A stretch of DNA of 64,000 nucleotides. Source: Schizochytrium sp. TIO01. Taxonomy: Eukaryota; Protista; Bigyra: Labyrinthulomycetes. Under the pieces are notes generated by a model that made no database searches, was not told the DNA's origin, and saw only the letters and a list, made by a program, of their open reading frames with translations. A program made the position numbers and the translations under genes. The DNA lies in NCBI GenBank assembly GCA_004764695.1, contig SMSO01000035.1, forward strand, positions 1,302,001 to 1,366,000, written 5' to 3'. Position 1 is the stretch's first letter, and each line of letters begins with the position of its first letter. Shown piece after piece: positions 46,601-56,421 of this stretch.

Positions 46601-46810
46601 CTCAGATGTTTTGGGGCTGGCCTTGACGTCAATCTCGGATTCATTTTTGATACTTTCGTCCTTGCCACAGTTTCCGTCGTCTCCATCGCTTTCGTCGTCG
46701 CTCTTGGGCGCCTCGCGTTTCTTGGTGGTAACCTCGCTCTTGGGGGGCACAGGAACCGCGATGGAGTCGAGCTCCTCGTCGCCGTCGAATGCTGAGAAGA
46801 GTTGATCCAT
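43640..46810 (-). CDS. MTR4: Exosome-associated Ski2-like RNA helicase MTR4
   Basis: AHTSAGKT, YTSPIKALSNQKYR, FDEVHYMRDRERGVVWEE, QMSGRAGRRGLD and C-terminal IKRDIIFAASLYL; ATG at 46810. Confidence 0.96.
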   Translation of the reverse strand: MDQLFSAFDGDEELDSIAVPVPPKSEVTTKKREAPKSDDESDGDDGNCGKDESIKNESEIDVKASPKTSEKPAAKRAKTNTTDADIAAESVISGGVSAEVSQNMEDVSETGKIPIEERPPAKEYPFQLDGFQREAINYLERNESVLVAAHTSAGKTVVAEYAIAMALRDKKRVVYTSPIKALSNQKYRDLADEFSDVGLMTGDVTINPNASCLVMTTEILRSMLYRGSEVIREVAYAVFDEVHYMRDRERGVVWEEAILLLPHKVRFVFLSATIPNAQQFCDWISKTHFQPCHAVYTDYRPTPLQHYVYPASSTGVYLIVDEKGKFHADTFEKAMASLATSNLDDALEDGTGKSKESKKRIAARRRDKMGDLLSIIQMIMQRNYDPAIVFSFSKKDCEKYAAQLAKLSLNTEDDKAMVRKVFKNAIDSLNEDDKNLPQVRSLLPLLEQGIGIHHGGLLPILKEVTEILFGEGLLKVLFATETFAMGINMPAKTVVFSAMRKFDGADFRFVNPGEYIQMSGRAGRRGLDDRGIVIQMIDEPMETSIAKEIMSGQANPLSSSFYLTYNMLLNLMRVDDADPEYVIRNSLYTFQQESQIPELEANLHKLEDQVETMKVDREDEVASFNYLRTQAAQKQEQIAAVVMQSSNIAQFLKPGRLVELNGDWGWAVVFEVKRNRELKIIESVDVIVASDPKNPGLPYPAEYYEDAEEDANTDTKKAGNKKGKAKKPTRRPPPPPQPEMAVRTVSLSDLLHIGTLRVHMPTGKDVHDTLLRSMLEVKRRHPEGVPCMDPIKDLKISDPKLPVLLQNKASLDKSLNSNAIHTMKDKAEKKRLINDFMEKFNVRTQIKVLKKDIRTKKSLPMKEKLKAMKVVLRRLGHVDKDGVIQLKGRVGCEISTADELVITELLLGGTFNDLTPAHVAALLSCLVFTEHGETEDAVPDELAAIHEKLFKIAKRVGEVQNDANIPTDPEEFAKKFRPDLMNPVFQWCKGARFSQICDLTSVFEGTIIRVVRRLVELIRQLGIAARVIGDVDMEQKFAKAVDLIKRDIIFAASLYL

Positions 46811-48748
46811 AGTGGCACAGCTTAGCTCAGCTGAGCTAAAAGTTTCCTCCTCGCACAAACCGTGCAAGCAAAAGGGTTCTGATCTCCTCGCTGCTCGTGG
46901 TCCCTGCTGAGAGCATCAATGAAAGGTCGCCATTGTACATCACATTTATTCATTCTCATTCACCGTGGAAGTGGATAAATAAATCTTAAACCCACTATAT
47001 TTTAAACAAAACAAATAGAATATTCAATATAAGTTGCTTGTAGAGCAAAATTTGTTTCACTTGCAAACTCTTCTTCAAGTATACCATAGTACTAGCATGC
47101 TCCTATACATTGGTATCTAGAGAGTTCGCGCTCCACAGCCAGCCAAAGGTTCCGGGATAGATTTTACATGTCCCGGTCTATTTTTCTCAATAGACCTCTT
47201 TAATGTTGGTGGTCTCACCAAGTATGATGTAAAAGAGACACGACTCAACAAAATTGATTTTCTAATTCTTTATAAGCTTGACGGTTTAGGGGAGGAACTA
47301 CTGTTCTTAGGGATTTCAAGGCTTGGGGTGGGTACGATCGGAAGACGATGCGGAATAGAAAGAAATGCGGAAAAATACATGCGAGGCGAAGTTTTATTCG
47401 TTTGTTTTTAAATGTTTTCTTCTTCTAAGTTTTAGTCTTTTAGTTTTGTTTTACGGTCTGGGAATTTGATGTGGGTGTAGGAGATGTACAAGATAGTCCA
47501 AATGTGGGATCATCAGCAAAAATATGCACTCGTTAAAAGAACTCACAACAGCAATGGCATGATATTAGATATGAATAGGGTAGTTAGGAGAAGAGATTGT
47601 TAAATACTTAAATTATTCCAATGATACTGTGAATGAGAAAAGAAGATTGATTGTATATAGAAAAAAAATAAAAATCAGAAGCTTGCTTCGAAAACAGCTT
47701 TGAGGGTTTACTTGCGATCGGCCAGGAAATCAAATTTACACTCTAGAAATAAAATAAAGAGATGGCCAGAATCAAAGAGAGGCATCAATCAAGTAATAGT
47801 GCAACCCAAGCGAATACGTAAGGTCGTAAGGAGGGTTGTAAAAGATGAAAGTCTTTTAGATGTTCGCGTCTCCTCCCCTAACTGCCACCGTAATACCAAG
47901 GCCTCTATACTTCGGTTCACAAAACGATTAATTCTGCTACACGTTTATGTTCACCACGCATGTAAATAGTCGTTTTACTTCCTGAGAAAACTTTCGAATT
48001 GCCCTTTTCCTTTAAATAAATATGGACTTTCAACGGTACTTTTTTTTTTCTTCTATCGCTCTGTCTTGTTATCCTTTGTGCACCAACAAAGGCCTTACAT
48101 TTTTATGCAGTTCGCGCAAAGAACTAACGCGGTATCTTTTTAAAGAATTAGTGTGGCACATGTTATCCGTCGAGATTAAGTCTGAGGTACGCCATGAGTA
48201 TATAAGACAAAGCTGGTAGAGTGAATCTTCCAAGGCTGCCAAAAATGGAGGGACAATCTCACTAAACATTCTTTTCATCCTTGCGTGACATGTCTCACGT
48301 GTGTTTGCATACAACCCATGTGTCGAATTACCAAAGCCTTGGGTAATGCTGTTGGGTTCAAAGTAGTCATGTACTTTTAATTAAGTGCATGACTGATTCT
48401 GCATCTCCGAACAGAAAAGAACTACCGAAGGTAGAATGAACGGGATAAATGTGGGAGCGTTGAAGTCACCATTAGTTCTCATCGTTGTTACTTTGCAAAG
48501 GCCTAAAGGAGAGGTAAGGATCATCCGTTAACATCTTTAGCTTGGTACATAACTCTGTTTTCTGAAAAAAAAAATACTAAACAAAAGCATTCTGAAAAAT
48601 GTCTTGAATATAAACAAAACTTAAACTCGGTCCTCGAATGAGTGTAAAGAGACAGCTTGATTCATGCCATTTCTGGCATCACGTGCAGTGATCAGCGGTT
48701 ACCCTTGGTAAAGAATAGAGCCGAGAAAAGAAGCAACGCTCCAAGGGC

Positions 48749-49744
48749 ATGGGAAACCAAATAGTCAGACATACAGAAACTGCGTTGGTATCTTTTCTAG
48801 ACGAATCTGCACCAACACTGTTTCTTCGGGCACACTTGATCACTGCAATAGCAGAAGGTATATGTGCATTTGTCTTAACTTCTATAAGCGTGTGTATCTT
48901 CTCGCTCTGGCAATCTTCAAGAGGCTCCCGAAAAGGAATACTAAAAGATATCTTCTTTCAAACCTTCTTTAGTGCTTGCACACAACTTTGGCTCTGGATA
49001 TTGCTACTCATACGCATCTCGTGGAGAGCATGTGATTTAAGTGTTCGAGTTCCTCTATTGCTTTTAGCAATAACAGTTCTATATACACATCGGGTCTATT
49101 TAAAACGAGCTGCAAGCGTAGTGCTATTAATGCCGATATGGTACCAGCATATCCTTCAGCTTGAAAGCTACGCTATTTGGTCCGTAATTCCAGCGCACTT
49201 TATCATGCTTCCTTTGTTTGGAGGTCATGTTGTGTTTAATGAAAATTTCTGTACTATTCAATATAGCCAAATTGCAGTGTTTGTGTATGCGCCCTTCTAC
49301 ATCGTCCAATCAATCGCAATGCTTTCATTATTTCTTATGCCAATCTACTTGTATCTTAGAGGCAGTATGAAACGTTCACAAGTGGAAGATGATAACTGCT
49401 TGAAAGTCATATCTTCTCCAATGAAATATTGTGAAAAAAAATCGAAGTCTTCAATGGTTGACATGGCGAAGCGAAATCTACTAATTTCTTCATTTACAAT
49501 TGGAATACAATGTCTTTGCGCTTCAATAATGCTTTCAAATATGCCAGATGACACAGTTGAAGGACAATACAAACGATTCACGATTAACTGGATTACTATG
49601 ACTGAACAAACCACGCACGCAATTGTTATTTTATTGCTCTTTACGGGTTCACACAAAACTCATTCTCGAAGAACGAAAACTCCTGAAGGTCTTCAGTCTT
49701 TTGTACGACGTAAGTTGGCACCAGGAGTTTTAGAAGGGGAATAG
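48749..49744 (+). CDS. Seven-transmembrane (GPCR-like) protein
   Basis: 331 aa with seven hydrophobic segments; Cys at the top of TM3 (RACD) and in ECL2 (NFCT); basic ICL3. Confidence 0.72.
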   Translation: MGNQIVRHTETALVSFLDESAPTLFLRAHLITAIAEGICAFVLTSISVCIFSLWQSSRGSRKGILKDIFFQTFFSACTQLWLWILLLIRISWRACDLSVRVPLLLLAITVLYTHRVYLKRAASVVLLMPIWYQHILQLESYAIWSVIPAHFIMLPLFGGHVVFNENFCTIQYSQIAVFVYAPFYIVQSIAMLSLFLMPIYLYLRGSMKRSQVEDDNCLKVISSPMKYCEKKSKSSMVDMAKRNLLISSFTIGIQCLCASIMLSNMPDDTVEGQYKRFTINWITMTEQTTHAIVILLLFTGSHKTHSRRTKTPEGLQSFVRRKLAPGVLEGE

Positions 49745-49847
49745 AACAAGAATCTTTGAATCTCTAGAAATTAGGATCACCTGAACTGCATAGAATTACC
49801 ATAAATCTTTATTCCAAATATAAATTTGAATCTTTAAAAAACGAACT

Positions 49848-51584
49848 TTACTCGTCAATAAATGTGTATGCTCCAAAGAAATCATCCCCAGCCCAGTGCC
49901 GAGTTGGGATAATTTCTGCAGCAGCCCCGCGAGTCCAGCTTGAAGCATTATACAAATCACCTTGACCCTTAAAAGAGGCTACATAGGGCCATGGATAAAC
50001 AGGTCGAGTCATTGGTGGAAGGGATGACGGAGCCCCAAAAGACCCGCGCTGCCCATTATGTTTGTTATCGCTTTCATTGCTGGGCTCATTTTCATCTGGC
50101 GATGGACTTCCAAATTTCGAAATTGATTCCGTTGAAGAGGTCAAAATGGCATCCGGTGCATGTCCGCTTTCCACCCATGAGAGCATCGCTGTTACAAGAT
50201 CAATATCAGAAGGACCTTGACCAGAACCACAATGAGCAACACCAGGTAGAAGATAAAGTCTTTCGAACGACTCAACTACATCTTTGCCCATGAGGCTTAG
50301 CATTTTTTTATGTAGTGTTAAAGTATTCGATGGGGAAATGTGAGGGTCAGCCATGCCATGCCACATGATCAATTTCCCACCACAACGTTGAAAAGCAGAT
50401 AGATCTGCCATTACTGAGTCGTAGAGAGGATGCCGTGGGCGAAGGTCGGTAAGGGTTGCTTCAGTGAACTCTAAATCTGTTACCTCCATATCCGGACGAG
50501 CAGGGTCAAACGCGAGATATTTTAGCAATGGAGGAACAATATTCATGTACATTAAAGTGCTTTCTTGGCTCTCAGGGACATAAACGCCCTCCCATTCGAG
50601 TTCAGATCCGTACTCAGGTTGTCCAGCAGTAAGATTTGCACCTGTTATGAGATCCTGTGGCCCTGCATATAGTTTCTGGACAACCTGAGCCTCGTGAGTC
50701 GTCAAACAAGTAATGTTGTCAATACTTCCTTCTTCAGAGTCATCACACAAAATATCATTCGGATCAAATTTGCATAATGCAGGCTGGGAAACCAAGCCGT
50801 CTTTAACTCCATCATCCTCATCGCAAGCATCCAATACGCCTTGATGGATGGCAGGAAGTTTTTTAGACATCAAGATATATTCGCCTCTTTTATTCGTGTT
50901 GGAAAGTCCTTGCCAAGCATGATAAAAGGTGTTTTGTACCAGGAAATTCATTGCAGGAGCTCCAGCAATGATACCGTCAAAATCTTCGGGAAAGCGCTCA
51001 GCCTCCATAAGTGCCTCTCGACCTCCATCGGAACAACCATTGAAATAACTGAATGTTGGCGCTTGTCCATAGTATTTAGCAATCAATTTTTTGGCTGTTT
51101 TGGAAACAACATGTTGGGCTCTGTATGCGAAGTCGGCACGTTGTTGATCATTGAGCGCCCAACTTCCATCCTGGTCACCCATCATTCCACCATGACCCAT
51201 ATCTGTTGCAGCCATTGCAAAACCTCCATTCTCAAGGATCTGGCATCCTGATGAAGCTCCAGCGCGGAGTGTGATATTTCCACACAATCCCCCACACCCA
51301 ACCTGCATATAGCGTTGCGTCCATGTTGTTGTGGGCAGGATAACTTCGAATTGAATTTGGGGTGCAAGCCGACCTAAGACTACGCAAAACTCGACACCAT
51401 CACTTATTTCAATCACGGCCGAGCGTACCCGGCTTCCCTCGCCTCCAATGTCCACAAGTTCAAGATCTACTAGAGATTCGCATTGTACTACTGGGGCTAC
51501 AACAGCAAGGTCTTGAGGCCCATATGTGTCTCCAAGTAGAAGTGACACTACCGCTACCGCGATAGACCCGAGACGTTGCAACAT
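49848..51584 (-). CDS. Secreted tannase/feruloyl esterase family alpha/beta hydrolase (paralogue 1)
   Basis: Signal peptide; YFNGCSDGGRE (nucleophile Ser), DFDGIIAGAPA, WHGMADP (Asp) and PGVAHCGSG (His) form the CS-D-HC motif. Confidence 0.95.
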   Translation of the reverse strand: MLQRLGSIAVAVVSLLLGDTYGPQDLAVVAPVVQCESLVDLELVDIGGEGSRVRSAVIEISDGVEFCVVLGRLAPQIQFEVILPTTTWTQRYMQVGCGGLCGNITLRAGASSGCQILENGGFAMAATDMGHGGMMGDQDGSWALNDQQRADFAYRAQHVVSKTAKKLIAKYYGQAPTFSYFNGCSDGGREALMEAERFPEDFDGIIAGAPAMNFLVQNTFYHAWQGLSNTNKRGEYILMSKKLPAIHQGVLDACDEDDGVKDGLVSQPALCKFDPNDILCDDSEEGSIDNITCLTTHEAQVVQKLYAGPQDLITGANLTAGQPEYGSELEWEGVYVPESQESTLMYMNIVPPLLKYLAFDPARPDMEVTDLEFTEATLTDLRPRHPLYDSVMADLSAFQRCGGKLIMWHGMADPHISPSNTLTLHKKMLSLMGKDVVESFERLYLLPGVAHCGSGQGPSDIDLVTAMLSWVESGHAPDAILTSSTESISKFGSPSPDENEPSNESDNKHNGQRGSFGAPSSLPPMTRPVYPWPYVASFKGQGDLYNASSWTRGAAAEIIPTRHWAGDDFFGAYTFIDE

Positions 51585-52731
51585 CTCAACTTACACGGCA
51601 GATTAGCACGTACTTCTGCCGTGTCTTTCCCTTCAGTGTTTCCCGACCTACAAAGTATTGAGGTTTTGCTACACCTTGAAGTGAACCTTTATGCAAGGCT
51701 AGAAATTTCGCCATCATACCAGAAACTTTGAGGTTACTACCTATGAAGAAGAAAGGAAAGAAGTAAAAGAAAAGAAAAGAAAAGAAAAGAGGTAGGATGC
51801 AAAACGATCAACGAAGGGTTGTACCGAGACAAATTCGGTCGCCACTAACAATAGCAGTTAGCTAGTTCTTTTTCTAGGAAGAGATCCCCATCGCGGCTGG
51901 GAAACGATCGCTCTTATTCGTTGCTGAAAGATGCAATCAATGGGGCTGCTTACCTGCTTTCTAGCAGCTTCTCAGCATTTTAGGCATAGTTTAACCCTCA
52001 TTAAGTACAGGCTCAGCAATTAAGAACCGCCGACGAATCAAACTTAGGCCTCAAGGCAAAATCCATTGCTACACTTCGCGACTTCAACCAGTACGTACCT
52101 CCCTACCATCCCCACCCGCGTGAAGGGGCATGAGCCGAGATGCCTGCACAGGGGCATGCGCACGCACGTGCTCAGATCTTCTCAACGAAGGGTCGTAGTG
52201 AGACGACCTGAGCGTAAGCACGTGCGGTGCACTGAAATGCGGAAGATCGGTGGATTCTGCGTGACCAGAAAAAGCACGCTTTGCGCCTGAAAAAAATGCT
52301 TTCGCAAAGTATTGTCAAAATCCACCAGCAAAGTCTTGGTAAAGGCACACTAGCAACACCTTTAGTGCTCTGCTGCCGGACTCATAGTTTTGTTTGCTGG
52401 AGTACGCCTTCAAGTTCATGATAGACATGCGAGATTGATGGTCCGTACAGAGTGAGGATCTAACAAAAGGCTACAGCGACCCAGTATCTGCAAGATGAGA
52501 GGTCGGGAAGAGACGATAAGTGAAGAGCTGAGAATGTCTTGTAAATTTCGATAGTTGAGTGCTCCAGGATACAAGAGATTGGGAGCCGAAGAAGGCAGCA
52601 GATCTTGAGGTAAAGGTTTGGCTGTCCATCCTATGAGGCTTAAGCCTACTAGAATGAGAATGTAAAAGATGACAATCTATTCAGGTTGAAAGAGGGCAAA
52701 AAATTGTTACTTTTGGTTTGGGGCTTAGGCT

Positions 52732-54432
52732 CTATTCATAAATAAATTCATACTTGCCAAATAAATTGGATCCTGGCCATATACGGGTCTTGAGGATTTC
52801 ATTGGGAGGGCCTTGAGACCAACTTGATGCGTTGTACACATCCCCAGTTCCATCGTAAACTGCTGTAAAGGGCCAAGGAAACACCGGACGTGTCATATTC
52901 GGAAGGGTAACAGAGACATTGTACGTTGGGTGGGTATCCTGCGCCTGAGGACCTTCACTGTCAATATTACCAAACGCAGAGTATGTCCATTCAGTTGAGG
53001 CAGTTTCGATTCCTACAGGAGCTTGTTTGGATTCAACCCAAGTCATCATGGCAGTAACAAGGTCCAAGCCAGACGGACCAACACCGCTGCCACAGTGCGC
53101 AACACCGGGGAGCAGGTAGAGCCGCTCGAATCCTTCCACGCGCTCACTCCCCATGACTTGCAACATTCTCTTGTGAAAAGTTAGGGTGTTAACAGGGGAT
53201 ATCTCTGGGTCAGACAGTCCATGCCAAAGAATCAACTTGCCGCCTTTCTTTTCAAAAGCGGACAGATCTGCCATTGTAGCATCGTAAAGAGGAGCAAGAG
53301 TCCGGAGATCATTGAGTGTCTTCTCCGTAAATTCTAAGGTTTCAACAGAGCGATTCGGATCCACAGTAGGGAACGCAAGGTATCGCAGAACAGGGTTCGC
53401 ATAGTCAAAAGATTTCAACGTTGTTGTGGCATCATCCTCCACGTAAACATTCTGCCACTCGAGCTCAGAACCATGCACGGGCTGCCCTGCGGTGAGGTAA
53501 GCCCCGGTGTTATTGTCAGTGGGACCTTTATAGAACTTGTTTACAACGTCAATTTCCTCCTCTGTTAGACATTCCGTGTTGTCGATTCCTTCATCACACT
53601 GAAGAACCGAAGGGTCAAAGCTGCAACGACTAGGCTGAGATATGAGTCCGTCTTCAACCCCGTCATTAGCATCGCAAGCATTAAGAACTGCTCTATGCAG
53701 AGCCGGAAGCTTGTCTGAAAGCAAAATGCCATACCCATCTGCGTCTGTATTAGACAGCGCCTGCCAGCCATGGTAAAATGTGTTTTGAATCTGAAAAAGC
53801 ATCGCTGGAGCCCCAGCAATGATACCATCAAAATCATCCGGAAATCGCTCAGCCTCCATGAGTGCTTCGCGGCCTCCATCAGAACAGCCATTAAAGTAGC
53901 TGTATGCAGGGTCCTGACCGTAAAACATCCTGATCAACTTTTTTGATGCCAGCGACACAATATGCTGAGCACGGTAGGCAAAATCAGCTCGTAGTTGAGC
54001 ACTAACTCCCCATGTGCCATCATTGCCCATGCCGCCACCATGGCCCATATTGGTAGCTGCCATCGCGAAACCTCCGTTATTTAGAGTTTGGCAACCCATT
54101 GATGCGCGTGCATAAAGAGTCACTTCTCCGCACAGGCCACCACATCCTGTTTGCATATACCGCTGCTCCCACGTTTCGGTAGGGAGTAAAAGAATAAATA
54201 TATTCGCTGGGGCAAGTGTTGCGTTGACTACGCATACCTCGACGCCATTGCTAGTGTCGAGGAATACATCATTAATCTTACTACCGAGTCCACCGATGTC
54301 AACAATGTCGATATCAAACAGCTCAGCACACTCCATTGCTGGCTTCACAATGGCAAGATGTTGGGGGTCTTTCTCACCGTCAAACATCAGCGCGACCATG
54401 GCTGCAACTAACGTACTTAGATAGCGCCACAT
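52732..54432 (-). CDS. Secreted tannase/feruloyl esterase family hydrolase (paralogue 2)
   Basis: Same motifs: GCSDGGRE, WHGLSDP, PGVAHCGSG; hydrophobic N-terminus. Confidence 0.95.
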   Translation of the reverse strand: MWRYLSTLVAAMVALMFDGEKDPQHLAIVKPAMECAELFDIDIVDIGGLGSKINDVFLDTSNGVEVCVVNATLAPANIFILLLPTETWEQRYMQTGCGGLCGEVTLYARASMGCQTLNNGGFAMAATNMGHGGGMGNDGTWGVSAQLRADFAYRAQHIVSLASKKLIRMFYGQDPAYSYFNGCSDGGREALMEAERFPDDFDGIIAGAPAMLFQIQNTFYHGWQALSNTDADGYGILLSDKLPALHRAVLNACDANDGVEDGLISQPSRCSFDPSVLQCDEGIDNTECLTEEEIDVVNKFYKGPTDNNTGAYLTAGQPVHGSELEWQNVYVEDDATTTLKSFDYANPVLRYLAFPTVDPNRSVETLEFTEKTLNDLRTLAPLYDATMADLSAFEKKGGKLILWHGLSDPEISPVNTLTFHKRMLQVMGSERVEGFERLYLLPGVAHCGSGVGPSGLDLVTAMMTWVESKQAPVGIETASTEWTYSAFGNIDSEGPQAQDTHPTYNVSVTLPNMTRPVFPWPFTAVYDGTGDVYNASSWSQGPPNEILKTRIWPGSNLFGKYEFIYE

Positions 54433-56421
54433 CTTGGCTAGAAGCGTTTCGTAAGAATTTTGAGGTTTTAGTAGAGGTCGTGTTCAAATTATTTATAGAT
54501 TCGGGGTCTGCTTTCATTCTTGGATAAAGAATTTGCATCGACCATCCATTATTGTGAAATTGTTACTCTATTTTTCTATTCCTACATGTTTACTATTTAA
54601 ATTCGTTACTTATGCTCTTGGTGCAAGTTGTATACGCAAAAATATCAATCTCAGCTCCGAATTTTCCACGTCTAAACAACACCCGATTTCGCTTTACATC
54701 AATGCAGTTTGAGGTCCGAGCGGATTCGAAAAACTAATGAAAATTGCACTGACGTACGCGTGGCATACTGAAACTGATTTGGGCTTTCGCACCTGCTACT
54801 GATATCTTCAAATCAGCACTTTTCCGAACATAGCGTGATCCCAACTCTCCGGTGCTCTTCGGATAATCACCGCACATTGCGTTTAAAAGAATGTACTGCA
54901 TGATAGATACCGCGTGCTGTTAGTTTTTCTCGCCTCAAGTATTGATTATATATATGGTATTCTATGGGGCGGTGTTTGTCAAGAGAATGTTTGATTTTGC
55001 TCAAGACTCGAAATTATCAAGGAAACAAGTTATACAGCAACGCCATGCCAACTGCACCTTTGCAGATGCATTCTTTGCACAGTTGCTTCGTTCAGACATA
55101 ACATAGGCCGTACTGCGAATATAATAACAAAGCGAAAACTATATTATCATACAGAGAGTAGGATTTGCTACTTCCTGGACTCAAGATGATCTCATCCTGA
55201 CCCAGAATACTCAAATTGTCACTAGAAGAAGGCTACCTAAGTCATGGGATATTGTCGGTGCCTGCGGAATACCTCCATAGGTTGGTTTTCATGCGATGCT
55301 ATATATCTTTGTATTCTTCTTCTTCCCCAAGCTGGTTTGAATTTCATGAGTTAAGATCCTGACCAGCCATTAAAAAGCAATCAAACACCAGACCAAAATT
55401 TTGAGCTGCTTGGTCTTAAACTTTTAGTTGAATTCAAAAGAAAGATATGTCTTACAATTGCCAGCTTATTTATAAAATGTTTCCGCGTGATTCCTATGTC
55501 CGAATACTGCAAACATCAAAAGAGTGTAGGCATGCTGTGGAACTGGTGCAAGACAGAACTTTCAATATTGTTGGATGCCGTACCCTACTCATAGTGTGGC
55601 ACCCGAGAACTAAAGTTGAAAGACAATATAGATGGCTTCCGACAAATCTCCCTTGAAATGATCTTTAGTCCGCTCCGACACTTGGGCTTCCAATCCGAGT
55701 TCAAGTCGAGCCAAGCGAAGCCATTATAAAACGTAGGTGCCTCTAGCGCTCAGTGGGCGATATTATCGTCGCCAGCACTTGAAACACATGATTGTCTACC
55801 TACGTAGAAGGTGATAGTGTCTGAAACTGGTTATTGAAACGTGCCAGTGGTACCTAATTTACTCGTTCCAATTAACTTGGCTAGTAGGTGATAAGGTATA
55901 GATAAGAATATCTTTTTAGTTGAAATATGATAACTATATGGAAATAATACTAATGATAAGTAAATTCTCACTGCGTTGGCTCTGTACAACCATTTCTGAG
56001 GGAAGGGGTTGGATCGGTCGTGTTTTGGTACCGTGGACTCTGCTGCAGCTTTCTGAATACTGATGCATGATACAAGTATATATCCTGTATGCTGAATGTG
56101 TCGCCGGAAAAATGAACCTAGCTTAGGCTGGCAGAAAGCTGCTTTGTGCCTTGCTAGAACCAACAGCAATGGGTTTCTACGCAAAGGGCACGATTGAAGG
56201 TGGTAGAGCATCAGAGAGCCTTTTGGGTCACTCTCAGTATAGGGAGGGTCAAAAACAGAAGATAACATGCGTATGCCGCTTAGATGCTATCGATGGAAAC
56301 TAATGTAGCTTAAAGTATGTTTGGGGGTTAGCTATTTAGGAAAGAGTGAAAGAGTTCAATGGAGCGTTATTTTGACGCTGGAATGGAAGATGGTGATAAT
56401 GCGTCCAAGATCATGAAAGCT

